DNA of 26,942 nt from Spirochaetales bacterium (GTDB lineage: Bacteria > Spirochaetota > Spirochaetia > JABEVK01), in the NCBI GenBank assembly GCA_037142615.1, contig JBAXAI010000047.1:1-26942 (forward strand), written 5' to 3'. Under the pieces are notes generated by a model. That model was not told where the DNA came from. It saw only the letters and a list, made by a program, of their open reading frames with translations, and made no database searches. The position numbers were made by a program, and so were the translations under genes. Position 1 is the first letter of the stretch. Every line of letters begins with the position of its first letter. Of the stretch, positions 8,702 to 17,071 are shown piece by piece.

Positions 8702-8787
8702 GTCAACGGTAGCTCGACGGACATTTCTATTGGGCTTACGGTAGCGGCCTTGTTGAGTCGCCCTGTGGCAATGAGTATTGTGTCCAT

Positions 8788-9792
8788 ATGCACAAATCCG
8801 AAGTGGCCCTTCCTGACCTGCCATCTCTGTTGAAGCTCTACCGGAAGATGGTAGAAATCCGAAAGTGCGAAGAAAGCCTCATCAAGGCCTTCAATTCGGG
8901 GCTCATGTACGGCGGTTGCCATACCTACATCGGCCAAGAAGCGATCGCCAGCGGCGTCAGCGCTCACCTCAACGACGATGACTTTGTTTTTGGAACCCAT
9001 CGGGGACACGGCCATGCCCTGGCCAAGGGGTTGAACCCCTTTGAGCTGTTCGCTGAGCTTTACGGTCGCAGCGAAGGGGCTTCGGGCGGACGGGGCGGGA
9101 GCATGCACCTGTTCAAACCGTCCATCGGTCTGATGGGCACCAACGGTATTGTGGGACCCAGCCTTCTTTTGGCCACCGGAGCCGCCTACACCTTCAAAAT
9201 GCTCAAGACCTCTCGTGTCGCCGTCGCCTACTTTGGCGATGGCGGGGTCAACAACGGTGCTTTTCACGAAGGCTGCAACATGGCCGCCAACTGGGATCTC
9301 CCGGTCGTCTTTATCTGCGAGAACAACCTCTACGCCACCGAGATTCCTTTCGCGTCGGTCACAAAACAGACCAGCGTCGCCAAACGCGGCGAAAGCTACG
9401 GGCTTCACAGCGTGGTCGCCGATGGCACCAACATCCTGGATGTTCACGCCAAGGCCGGCGAGGCCGTGAAGAGAGCCCGGGAGGGCCACGGTCCCACGCT
9501 CCTCGAGTGCCTCACCTACCGGCACCGTTCGCATTCCGAAGGGATGCGCGAGTCGGGGTACCGCACCAAAGAGGAAGTCCAACTTTGGAAAGAACGCGAC
9601 CCGATCAAGGCGCTGGCGGCGCACCTGCTAGAGGCAGGTCTCGCCACCGATTCCGAGTTGCTGGCGCTCGCAAAGGAAGTCGGCTTGTTGGTCGACGAGT
9701 CCAACAAGAGGGCCCTCGAGAGTCCCGAACCCGACGCCGCCACCCAGTTCGAGCACGTGCTCGCCGCCAATTCAGGAAGCCTCCATGCGTGA
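8788..9792 (+). CDS. TPP-dependent dehydrogenase E1 alpha subunit (AcoA/PdhA-like)
   Basis: HTYIGQEA, THRGHGH, GRGGSMH, TPP motif GDG...ENN, TYRHRSHS. Confidence 0.92.
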   Translation: MHKSEVALPDLPSLLKLYRKMVEIRKCEESLIKAFNSGLMYGGCHTYIGQEAIASGVSAHLNDDDFVFGTHRGHGHALAKGLNPFELFAELYGRSEGASGGRGGSMHLFKPSIGLMGTNGIVGPSLLLATGAAYTFKMLKTSRVAVAYFGDGGVNNGAFHEGCNMAANWDLPVVFICENNLYATEIPFASVTKQTSVAKRGESYGLHSVVADGTNILDVHAKAGEAVKRAREGHGPTLLECLTYRHRSHSEGMRESGYRTKEEVQLWKERDPIKALAAHLLEAGLATDSELLALAKEVGLLVDESNKRALESPEPDAATQFEHVLAANSGSLHA

Positions 9793-10762
9793 ACTCAGCT
9801 ACATCGACGCTGCCCGGGAGGCTTTGAGCGAGGAGATGGCACGGGATCCGACGATCTTCGTCATGGGCGAGGGAATCGGGCCGCGCGGAGGCAACTTCAG
9901 TACCACCGTGGGGTTGCACGCCCAGTACGGCTCTGAGCGCTTGCGCGATACGCCGATCAGCGAGCGCGGGTTCACCACCCTGTGTATCGGGGCGGCTCTC
10001 GCCGGCGCCAGGCCCGTGGTGGATGCCATGTTCGTCGACTTTGCCCTCGATGGCATCAGCGATCTGGTGAACCAGGCCTCCAAGATGCGGTGGATGAGCT
10101 CGGGGCGCCTCGAAGTGCCGCTGGTGGTGCGCGCGTGCATGGGAGTCTTCTCCAGTGCGGCGGCTCACCACTCGGGAAGTTACTACTCGTTCTTTGCTCA
10201 TATTCCGGGATTTCAGGTGGTTCTGCCCTCGTCGCCCGCCGACGCCAAGGGTCTTCTCAAGACAGCCCTTCGTTCGCGCGACCCGGTGATCTTTCTGGAA
10301 CATCGGGCGCTACTGGCAACCAAGGGACCGGTGCCCGACGGGGAGTACCTCATTCCCTTTGGGCAGGCCGCGATTGTGCACGAAGGGACCGACCTCACCC
10401 TGGTGGGTCTGTCGGCCATGGTTCCCAAGTGCCTCGAAGTCGCGCGGACCCTCGCCGCGGAAGGGATCACGGTCGAAGTCATCGATCCTCGAACGGTGGC
10501 GCCTCTGGACGTCGCCACCATTTGCGCCTCCGTCAAGAAGACAGGAAGGCTGCTGATTGTCGAGGAAGACTACGCCTCCTGCAGCGTGGCGGCCGAAATT
10601 GCCTCCCGGGTGGGCGATGAGTCGTTCGACGACCTCGACGCTCCCATCCGGCGCCTCCACTGCGGCTTCGCACCGGCGCCCTACAGTCCCGCCCTAGAGA
10701 AAGCCATGGCGATCAGTACGCAGACCATCCTTCAAAAGACCCGGGAACTTCTTGCAGAATGA
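9785..10762 (+). CDS. TPP-dependent dehydrogenase E1 beta subunit (AcoB/PdhB-like)
   Basis: MGEGIG, DTPISE, AAHHS, DAKGLLKTALR..PVIFLEH, VEVIDPRT, LDAPIRR; overlaps the alpha gene. Confidence 0.92.
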   Translation: MRELSYIDAAREALSEEMARDPTIFVMGEGIGPRGGNFSTTVGLHAQYGSERLRDTPISERGFTTLCIGAALAGARPVVDAMFVDFALDGISDLVNQASKMRWMSSGRLEVPLVVRACMGVFSSAAAHHSGSYYSFFAHIPGFQVVLPSSPADAKGLLKTALRSRDPVIFLEHRALLATKGPVPDGEYLIPFGQAAIVHEGTDLTLVGLSAMVPKCLEVARTLAAEGITVEVIDPRTVAPLDVATICASVKKTGRLLIVEEDYASCSVAAEIASRVGDESFDDLDAPIRRLHCGFAPAPYSPALEKAMAISTQTILQKTRELLAE

Positions 10763-10772
10763 GGAGACACTT

Positions 10773-11843
10773 GTGGCCTTCCAAGTAATTGTTCCCCGCA
10801 TCGGTTGGTCGATGGAAAAGGGAGTCTTCTCCGAATGGCTGAAGCACGAAGGGGAGTTTGTCAACCAAGGGGACGCCGTGTTCTCGATCGAGGCTGACAA
10901 GGCCGTCGAGGAAGTGCTTTCCGAGGACGCCGGAACCCTCTCTATTCTCGCCGGGGTGGCCCTTCCGGGGACCGAGCTTCTCGTCGGTACGGTGATCGGC
11001 TTTCTGCTCGAGGCCGGCGAGGCCCCTCCCGTCACCGCGCCCGCGACGCCCCGACCAGCAACCCTCCCGGCGCAAACGATTCCAGTCTCAAAGCAAGCAC
11101 CCGACCCCAAGGCCTCCCAAGCCGCCGAAGCGAGGCAGACGGGGGTCGTTGCCAGCCCCAGGGCCCGGCGGGTAAGCCGTGAACTCTCGGTCGACTGGCG
11201 GCGTCTGACCCCTACCGGAACTGGGGGGAGAGTCCGTGAACGCGATGTCCTCCGGTCAGCAACGCTCGGAGGTGTGGGTCGAAACCGAGGCTCCGGGCTG
11301 GTTTCGCTTCTGCGGGTGAGGGCCGACGCCACACAACTGGTGGCCCTCCTCGACCGGTTGGCCGATTCCGCGTACGTGTCGAGCGTCAGCGACCACTACG
11401 AAGCAATCCTCGTCAAGCTTGCCGCACGGGCGTACCTGAGAAACACCTCGGGTGTGGCGGCCAGTTGCCTCGCCGTTGGGATGATTTCCAGCGAGGGCCT
11501 GGGATATCGTTCGCTTCGCGGCGCCGAGACGCACAGCGTCAGCGAACTGGCGGCGCTGAGTCAGGGGCCGGTGGGCCTCGAAGACACGTTGTCGGGAGAC
11601 GAAGCGTTCACTTCGCTCAGTCTGGACTCTCTGGGGCTGGACGAGTATCTGCCCGAGTACGACGTGCCTGGCGGCCAACTGCTCTTATTCGGGCGTTTGG
11701 CGCGAAGTTCGACGCGCGGCGAGGGCGCCAGTATCGCTTTGGCTTTGTCCTTCCAGGAGGCCGAGGTCAGCCTCAGCCGAGCCGCTAAGTTCCTCGAAGA
11801 CGTAAGAATCGCCGTAGAAGATCCCTTTGTCTTCTTGGCGTAA
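10773..11843 (+). CDS. E2-like protein: lipoyl domain, E1/E3-binding domain and a degenerate acyltransferase domain
   Basis: IEADKAVEEV (lipoyl Lys); ASPRARR...GTGGRVRERDV (PSBD); C-terminus LALSFQEAEVSLSRAAKFL where LSFDHRVxDGxxAAxFL is expected. GTG start after GAGGAG. Confidence 0.8.
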   Translation: MAFQVIVPRIGWSMEKGVFSEWLKHEGEFVNQGDAVFSIEADKAVEEVLSEDAGTLSILAGVALPGTELLVGTVIGFLLEAGEAPPVTAPATPRPATLPAQTIPVSKQAPDPKASQAAEARQTGVVASPRARRVSRELSVDWRRLTPTGTGGRVRERDVLRSATLGGVGRNRGSGLVSLLRVRADATQLVALLDRLADSAYVSSVSDHYEAILVKLAARAYLRNTSGVAASCLAVGMISSEGLGYRSLRGAETHSVSELAALSQGPVGLEDTLSGDEAFTSLSLDSLGLDEYLPEYDVPGGQLLLFGRLARSSTRGEGASIALALSFQEAEVSLSRAAKFLEDVRIAVEDPFVFLA

Positions 11844-11855
11844 GGGAGAGACACG

Positions 11856-12941
11856 ATGGGTAAGTTCCACATCAAGTTCACGGGTGACTACTGCGGCACG
11901 GACGGCAAGCCCAATATGGACATGGCCCTGGATCTTCTGGAACCGCGGCCCGAGGTCAGTTGGGGTTTCCTCGAGGATCAATGTCCTCGCCCCGGTGACG
12001 CCGGCTACCAGGACAAACTCTACTCTCTGAGCCTTACCCCCGAGCATGTCGCGAGCGCCGATGCCATTGTCGTCTTGAGGCCTTGGGTCCAGGCCCCGGC
12101 GTTTGCCCAAGGAGCAGGTCGGCTGATCGCGATCGGCCGGTCAGGCATCGGCTACGACAAGTTCGACCTGTCGGCCTGTACCGAAAACGACGTGCTGGTC
12201 TTCAATTCGCCCTTCGGCCTCACGCACTCCACGGCCTCGTCTGCGCTGATCTTCATCCTCATGCTGGCGAGAAAGCTGCCGCTCCTGCAGAGAATGGTGC
12301 GCGATTACCGCTGGGACCTGCAAAAGGACGCCATCGGCACGGAACTGGCCGGAAAGGTTCTGGGCATCGTCGGTTTTGGCCAAACGGCTCGAGAGTTGGT
12401 GAGGCTGCTGGCTCCTTTTGGCATGATCGTGAAGGCCTACTCACCGCACGCCGACCCGGCGCAGGCCCGCGAGCTCGGGGTGACTCTGGTCGACGAATTG
12501 CACCCCTTGCTGCGTGAGTCAGACTTCGTGAGTCTGCATACCCGACTAGACGCCAACAATCACCGCAGTTTCGGAGAACGCGAGTTTGCGTGCATGAAGC
12601 CGTCGGCCTTTCTGATCAACATCGCCCGAGGGGAACTTGTCGACGAAGAGGTGATGATTCACTACCTGAGGGAACACCGCATCGCCGGAGCCGGGCTCGA
12701 CGTTTTTGAGACCGAGCCCTTACCGCTTTCCAGCCCCCTGTTGCAGTTGGACAACGTGGTTCTGACGCCCCACTGGTTAGCCACGACCCGGGAAGCCGGC
12801 CGCGCCACGATCGTACCGATCATCCAAGGCCTCTTGGGCCTCACGCAAGGAATCGTCCCGGGTCAGGTGTTGAACCCGGCTGTTTTGAACCGCAAAGGCT
12901 TTCTCGAGAAACTCGCGCGCTGGAAAGGAGCTGCAAAATGA
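11856..12941 (+). CDS. D-isomer-specific 2-hydroxyacid dehydrogenase
   Basis: RSGIGYD, GIVGFGQTA, DFVSLH, NIARG, DVFETEP, LTPHW. Confidence 0.88.
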   Translation: MGKFHIKFTGDYCGTDGKPNMDMALDLLEPRPEVSWGFLEDQCPRPGDAGYQDKLYSLSLTPEHVASADAIVVLRPWVQAPAFAQGAGRLIAIGRSGIGYDKFDLSACTENDVLVFNSPFGLTHSTASSALIFILMLARKLPLLQRMVRDYRWDLQKDAIGTELAGKVLGIVGFGQTARELVRLLAPFGMIVKAYSPHADPAQARELGVTLVDELHPLLRESDFVSLHTRLDANNHRSFGEREFACMKPSAFLINIARGELVDEEVMIHYLREHRIAGAGLDVFETEPLPLSSPLLQLDNVVLTPHWLATTREAGRATIVPIIQGLLGLTQGIVPGQVLNPAVLNRKGFLEKLARWKGAAK

Positions 12942-13750
12942 GAATCATCCGCTACCTCGACCCTCAGGGGAGAGTCAACTACGGGTCGCAACAAGCTGAC
13001 GGCAGCGCCCACAGGCTCGAGGGGGAGCTCTTCCATACCCTTAAGGACACTGGGCAGAAGGCCGAGGTCGCAACCCTCCTGGCGCCTATCAAGCCTAGCG
13101 CCTTGTTGTGCGTGGGCCTCAATTATCGAACCCACGCCAAGGAAGTCGGAGCCGCCGTTCCCGCGTTTCCCATTCTCTTTATCAAGAGCCCGGGGGCCCT
13201 GCAGAACCCCGGTGGTCCCATCGAATTGCCGCGCTTTTTGAAGAGCGACGAAGTTGACTATGAAGGCGAAATGGCGGTGGTGATAGGAAAGACCTGCAAA
13301 AACGTGTCGCGCGCGAAGGCGCTGGACTACGTGCTCGGGTACACCTGCGCCAACGACGTCAGCGCCCGGGAATGGCAGACGCAGTTCGGCGGCACCCAGT
13401 GGTGCCGGGGCAAATCGTTCGACACGTTTTGTCCGCTCGGACCGTGGCTCGTCACCACCGACGAAGTCCCTGATCCCCAAACTTTGCGGATCCGGACGGT
13501 CATCAACGGACAAGTCCTTCAGGATTCCAACACGAGCGACATGATCTTCGACGTGGCCTCGCTGATCGAGTTTCTGAGCGGCAGCACCACCCTCGAGGCG
13601 GGGACCGTCATCCTCACCGGAACTCCCCAAGGCGTCGGAGCGGCCCGGACCCCGAAACGGTGGCTTGTTCCCGGCGATTCAGTTTCTGTCGAAATCGAAA
13701 GACTCGGCGTCCTGACCAATCCCGTTGTCGAGGAAAGGGCCAGGCCATGA
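12938..13750 (+). CDS. Fumarylacetoacetate hydrolase (FAH) family protein
   Basis: CVGLNYRTH, DYEGE, NDVSAR, GKSFDTFCPLGP, ILTGTP.GVG. Confidence 0.93.
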   Translation: MRIIRYLDPQGRVNYGSQQADGSAHRLEGELFHTLKDTGQKAEVATLLAPIKPSALLCVGLNYRTHAKEVGAAVPAFPILFIKSPGALQNPGGPIELPRFLKSDEVDYEGEMAVVIGKTCKNVSRAKALDYVLGYTCANDVSAREWQTQFGGTQWCRGKSFDTFCPLGPWLVTTDEVPDPQTLRIRTVINGQVLQDSNTSDMIFDVASLIEFLSGSTTLEAGTVILTGTPQGVGAARTPKRWLVPGDSVSVEIERLGVLTNPVVEERARP

Positions 13751-14955
13751 AAATCACCCGGATCGAAACCATTTGGTGCGACGAATTGCTGCCAACCTGC
13801 TGGGTACAAATCCATACCGACGACGGCTTGGTGGGGCTGGGGGAAACCTACTACATCCCGAGGGCCGTGAGCGCGGTGATCCACGATATGTTCGCCAAGG
13901 TACTTCTGGGCCGCAACCCGCTCGACATTGAGAACCACTGGCAAAACATGTTTTCGATGGCCAATTTCTTCGGTTTCGCCGGCTCGGAGATGCGGGCCAT
14001 CAGCGCCATCGACCTGGCCCTGTGGGACCTCCTTGGCCAGCACACCGGGCAGCCGATCTACAACCTGCTCGGTGGCCGCAGCCGTGACCAGATCAAGATC
14101 TACAATACCTGCGTGGGCCATGGCCGGCATCAGGACTACTTGGCGTGGGCCGAAGGCCACACCGGCGAGCTCGCCCGTGACTTGCTCGCTTCGGGCATCA
14201 CCGCCATGAAGATCTGGCCCTTCGACCAGTTTGGCGTTTCCTTGGCAGGCCCGTCGGGGGCCTCGGGGCCGCGCGCTTCGGGAACCTCGGGAGCCAACGC
14301 CATGGGGCCGGTGAGCCACTACTTGAGCAAGGATGATCTCAAGAAAGGCCTTTCCTACGTGGAAGACATCCGCAAGGCCGTGGGCGACAAGATGGAGATC
14401 GCCATCGAGGGCCATGCCCGCTGGAACCTGCCGTGCGCGGTGACCATCGCCCAGGCGTTGGAACCCTACGACATCCTGTGGCTCGAAGAGATCTTGCCGC
14501 CCGACAACGTCGAGAGCTACGTGCGCCTCAAGGCCCAAACAAAGGTCAAACTGTGCGTCAGCGAGCGGCTGTTTACCCGCTTTGGCTTCCGCCAGGTGGT
14601 CGAGCAGAACGCCGCTGACGTGATCATGCCCGACATGGCCTGGACCGGCGGACTCAGCGAGACCCGAAAGATCTGTGCCTTGGCCGATACTTACTATCTG
14701 CCGGTCACGAGCCACGACTGCATCGGTCCCGTCGCCCTGTGGTCGGCAGCCCATCTGATGCTCCACGCTCCTAACGCCATGATTGTCGAGACGGTGCGCG
14801 CCTACTACGACGGTTGGTACAACGACATCGTCACCGACAGGATTCCGATTCAGGGCGGGATGATCTCGCTCGAGGGAAAACCAGGCCTGGGTACCTCGCT
14901 GCGTCCCGAAGTCTTTCAGCGCAAGGACGTGCACGTCGAGGTGTCGTCCCTGTAG
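13747..14955 (+). CDS. Mandelate racemase / muconate lactonising enzyme family protein (probable sugar-acid dehydratase)
   Basis: GLGET, AISAIDLALWDL, LLGG, AMKIWPF, IEGH, WLEE, SERL, IMPD, SHDC; ATGA overlap with the FAH gene. Confidence 0.9.
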   Translation: MKITRIETIWCDELLPTCWVQIHTDDGLVGLGETYYIPRAVSAVIHDMFAKVLLGRNPLDIENHWQNMFSMANFFGFAGSEMRAISAIDLALWDLLGQHTGQPIYNLLGGRSRDQIKIYNTCVGHGRHQDYLAWAEGHTGELARDLLASGITAMKIWPFDQFGVSLAGPSGASGPRASGTSGANAMGPVSHYLSKDDLKKGLSYVEDIRKAVGDKMEIAIEGHARWNLPCAVTIAQALEPYDILWLEEILPPDNVESYVRLKAQTKVKLCVSERLFTRFGFRQVVEQNAADVIMPDMAWTGGLSETRKICALADTYYLPVTSHDCIGPVALWSAAHLMLHAPNAMIVETVRAYYDGWYNDIVTDRIPIQGGMISLEGKPGLGTSLRPEVFQRKDVHVEVSSL

Positions 14956-14975
14956 CCACTGTCAAGGAGCCCCCG

Positions 14976-15815
14976 ATGCCATCAAGTCTGAGAATGAAAG
15001 ACAAGCGCGTCCTCGTCACCGGGGCGGGGACAGGCATCGGCCGGGAGATCGCCTTGGAGTTTGCCCGAGAAGGCGCTGACGTGGTCCTCCACTACTCTCA
15101 CAGCAGCGCGGGGGCCAGTTCCGCGAAGGCCCAGATTGAGGCGATGGGGGTCAGGGCCTCAACGTTCCAGGCGAACCTTGGTTCGGTTGGGGAGTGCCGG
15201 AGCTTGGCTCTGGCAGCGGTCGAGTTTCTCGGCGGCCTGGACGTCTTGGTGAACAATGCCGGTATCACCGCCAACCTGCCTTTTGAACAGGTGACCCCCG
15301 AGCAGTTTGACACCCTTTACCACGTCAACGTGCGCGGACAGTTCTTTGTCACGCAGACGGCCCTGCCCGCCTTGCTGGCAAGCCGAGGCAACGTCATCAA
15401 CCTCACTTCTATCCACGCTTTCGAGGCCTTCCCCGAGCACTCGGTCTACGCCGGGACAAAGGGGGCCATCGTGTCGTATACGAGGGAACTCGCCATCGAG
15501 TTGGCCCCGCGGGGAGTCAGGGTCAACGCGATCGCACCGGGGGCGGTGCCGGTCGACAACCACTTTGTGTCCACTCCGGGGGTCGACATCGCGCGCGAAA
15601 TCGCCGAGGGGGACAAGCTGATTCCGATCGGCTTTCAGGGGGCCCCGCTCGACATTGCTCGCATCGCGGTCTTTCTGGCCAGTGAGGACGCGCGGTTCAT
15701 CGTCGGCCAAACCCTGATCGCCGATGGAGGCACCACGTCGTGGATGCCCTTCGGGGAGGGCTTTCGCCACGGTCCCGGCAAGCAGTTCGGTCAGGGGTAC
15801 GTGCCGGGGATCTAA
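14976..15815 (+). CDS. SDR-family oxidoreductase
   Basis: TGAGTGIG, NNAG, YAGTK, NAIAPG; RBS AAGGAG. Confidence 0.92.
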   Translation: MPSSLRMKDKRVLVTGAGTGIGREIALEFAREGADVVLHYSHSSAGASSAKAQIEAMGVRASTFQANLGSVGECRSLALAAVEFLGGLDVLVNNAGITANLPFEQVTPEQFDTLYHVNVRGQFFVTQTALPALLASRGNVINLTSIHAFEAFPEHSVYAGTKGAIVSYTRELAIELAPRGVRVNAIAPGAVPVDNHFVSTPGVDIAREIAEGDKLIPIGFQGAPLDIARIAVFLASEDARFIVGQTLIADGGTTSWMPFGEGFRHGPGKQFGQGYVPGI

Positions 15816-17071
15816 AGGGGCCGTACCGGCAGGCCCGTCTGAGCCTCGATCTCCAGCAGGCGGTTGTACTTGGCAAGCCTTTCGGACTGCCTGATCGACC
15901 CCACCTTCAGGTAATCTGCCCCCCAACCCACCGCCAGATCGGCCAGCCAGTCGTCCTCGGTCTCGCCACTGCGGGCGCTGACCGTGATGCTCCAGCCGGC
16001 CGAACGCGCTAGGTGCAGGGCCTCGCAGGCCTCGGTGACCGTACCGATCTGGTTCACCTTGAGCAGCAGCGCGCTGGCGGCCTTGGTGTCGATGGCCTTC
16101 TGGATGCGGGCGACCTTGGTGCACAGCAGGTCGTCGCCCATCACCAGGATGTCGGAGGCGACTTCGCGGCGGAACTGGCTCCAGTGAAGCCAGTCTTCCT
16201 GCGCGAGGGGGTCTTCGATGCTGAGGATGGGGAAGTCCTCGAGCCAGGTCTGAAGACGGCGCACCATGGCCGGTCCGTCGAGGGTCTGCCCATCCAGATG
16301 ATACAGGTTGTCGCGGTAGAACTGGCTGGAGGCGACATCGACGGCCAGAGCCACGTCCTTGCCGGGCTCGAGGCCAGCGGCGCGGATGGCGAGCACGGCC
16401 TCGTCGAGCATGGCCCGCGAACTGGCAAACGGCGGCGCCAACCCGCCCTCGTCGGCCTTCAGTTCCCTCATGCCGTAGTGCTCCAGGGTCAGTTCGGCCG
16501 CCGACCGGTACACGGCCGCCGTCATCTCCAGGGACGCGCCGATGGTGGCCGCCTGGGGCACCATCAGAACATCCTGAATGGCCACCTGGCCGCCGGCATG
16601 GAGGCCACCGCTGAACAGGTTGACCGTGAGGCGGGGCAAGGAATCGGGCTTTCTGCCGGCGACCAGGGCAAAGTAGCCGTAGAGGGGTATCGCCTGCTCC
16701 GCAGCAGCCGCGCGGGCAAAGGCGAGCGACACCGCGAGCAGCGCGTTGGCCCCCAGGCGGCTCTTGTCGGCGGTTCCATCCAGACCGACCAAAGCAGCGT
16801 CCAGGTCCTGCTGGCTGGCGAAGGATCGGTTGGCAAGGGCCCTGTTGAGCTCGTTGTTGACGTGCCCGACGGCCTTGAGGCAACCCAGGCCGTGATAGCG
16901 CTTTTCGTCACCGTCGCGAAGCTCCCTCGCTTCGGCGGCGCCTGTGGACGCCCCCGAGGGCACCGACGCGGTGCCTCTGGCTCCTGAGGCCAGCACGCAG
17001 GTGGCTTTCAGGGTGGGGCGGCCCCGGCTATCCAAGATTTCCAGCGCACACAGACTCGTGACTACGGGCAT
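15812..17071 (-). CDS. eno: Enolase paralog (phosphopyruvate hydratase-like) with atypical active-site residues
   Basis: EILDSRGRPT, VPSGASTG, LGANA, DEGG, IEDP, GDDL, LLKVNQIG, SARSGETED, SERLAKYN; RBS AGGAGG lies inside the upstream gene. Confidence 0.85.
   Translation of the reverse strand: MPVVTSLCALEILDSRGRPTLKATCVLASGARGTASVPSGASTGAAEARELRDGDEKRYHGLGCLKAVGHVNNELNRALANRSFASQQDLDAALVGLDGTADKSRLGANALLAVSLAFARAAAAEQAIPLYGYFALVAGRKPDSLPRLTVNLFSGGLHAGGQVAIQDVLMVPQAATIGASLEMTAAVYRSAAELTLEHYGMRELKADEGGLAPPFASSRAMLDEAVLAIRAAGLEPGKDVALAVDVASSQFYRDNLYHLDGQTLDGPAMVRRLQTWLEDFPILSIEDPLAQEDWLHWSQFRREVASDILVMGDDLLCTKVARIQKAIDTKAASALLLKVNQIGTVTEACEALHLARSAGWSITVSARSGETEDDWLADLAVGWGADYLKVGSIRQSERLAKYNRLLEIEAQTGLPVRPL

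Noticed and set aside
8788-11843. Calling the complex housekeeping pdhABC or acoABC
   Set aside because: E2 lacks its catalytic motif, E3 is absent from the window and the context is sugar catabolism, so the substrate cannot be assigned.
15159-16883. 574-aa Arg/Pro/Gly-rich ORF
   Set aside because: Out-of-frame overlap of the enolase and SDR genes, with composition typical of a GC-rich alternate frame.
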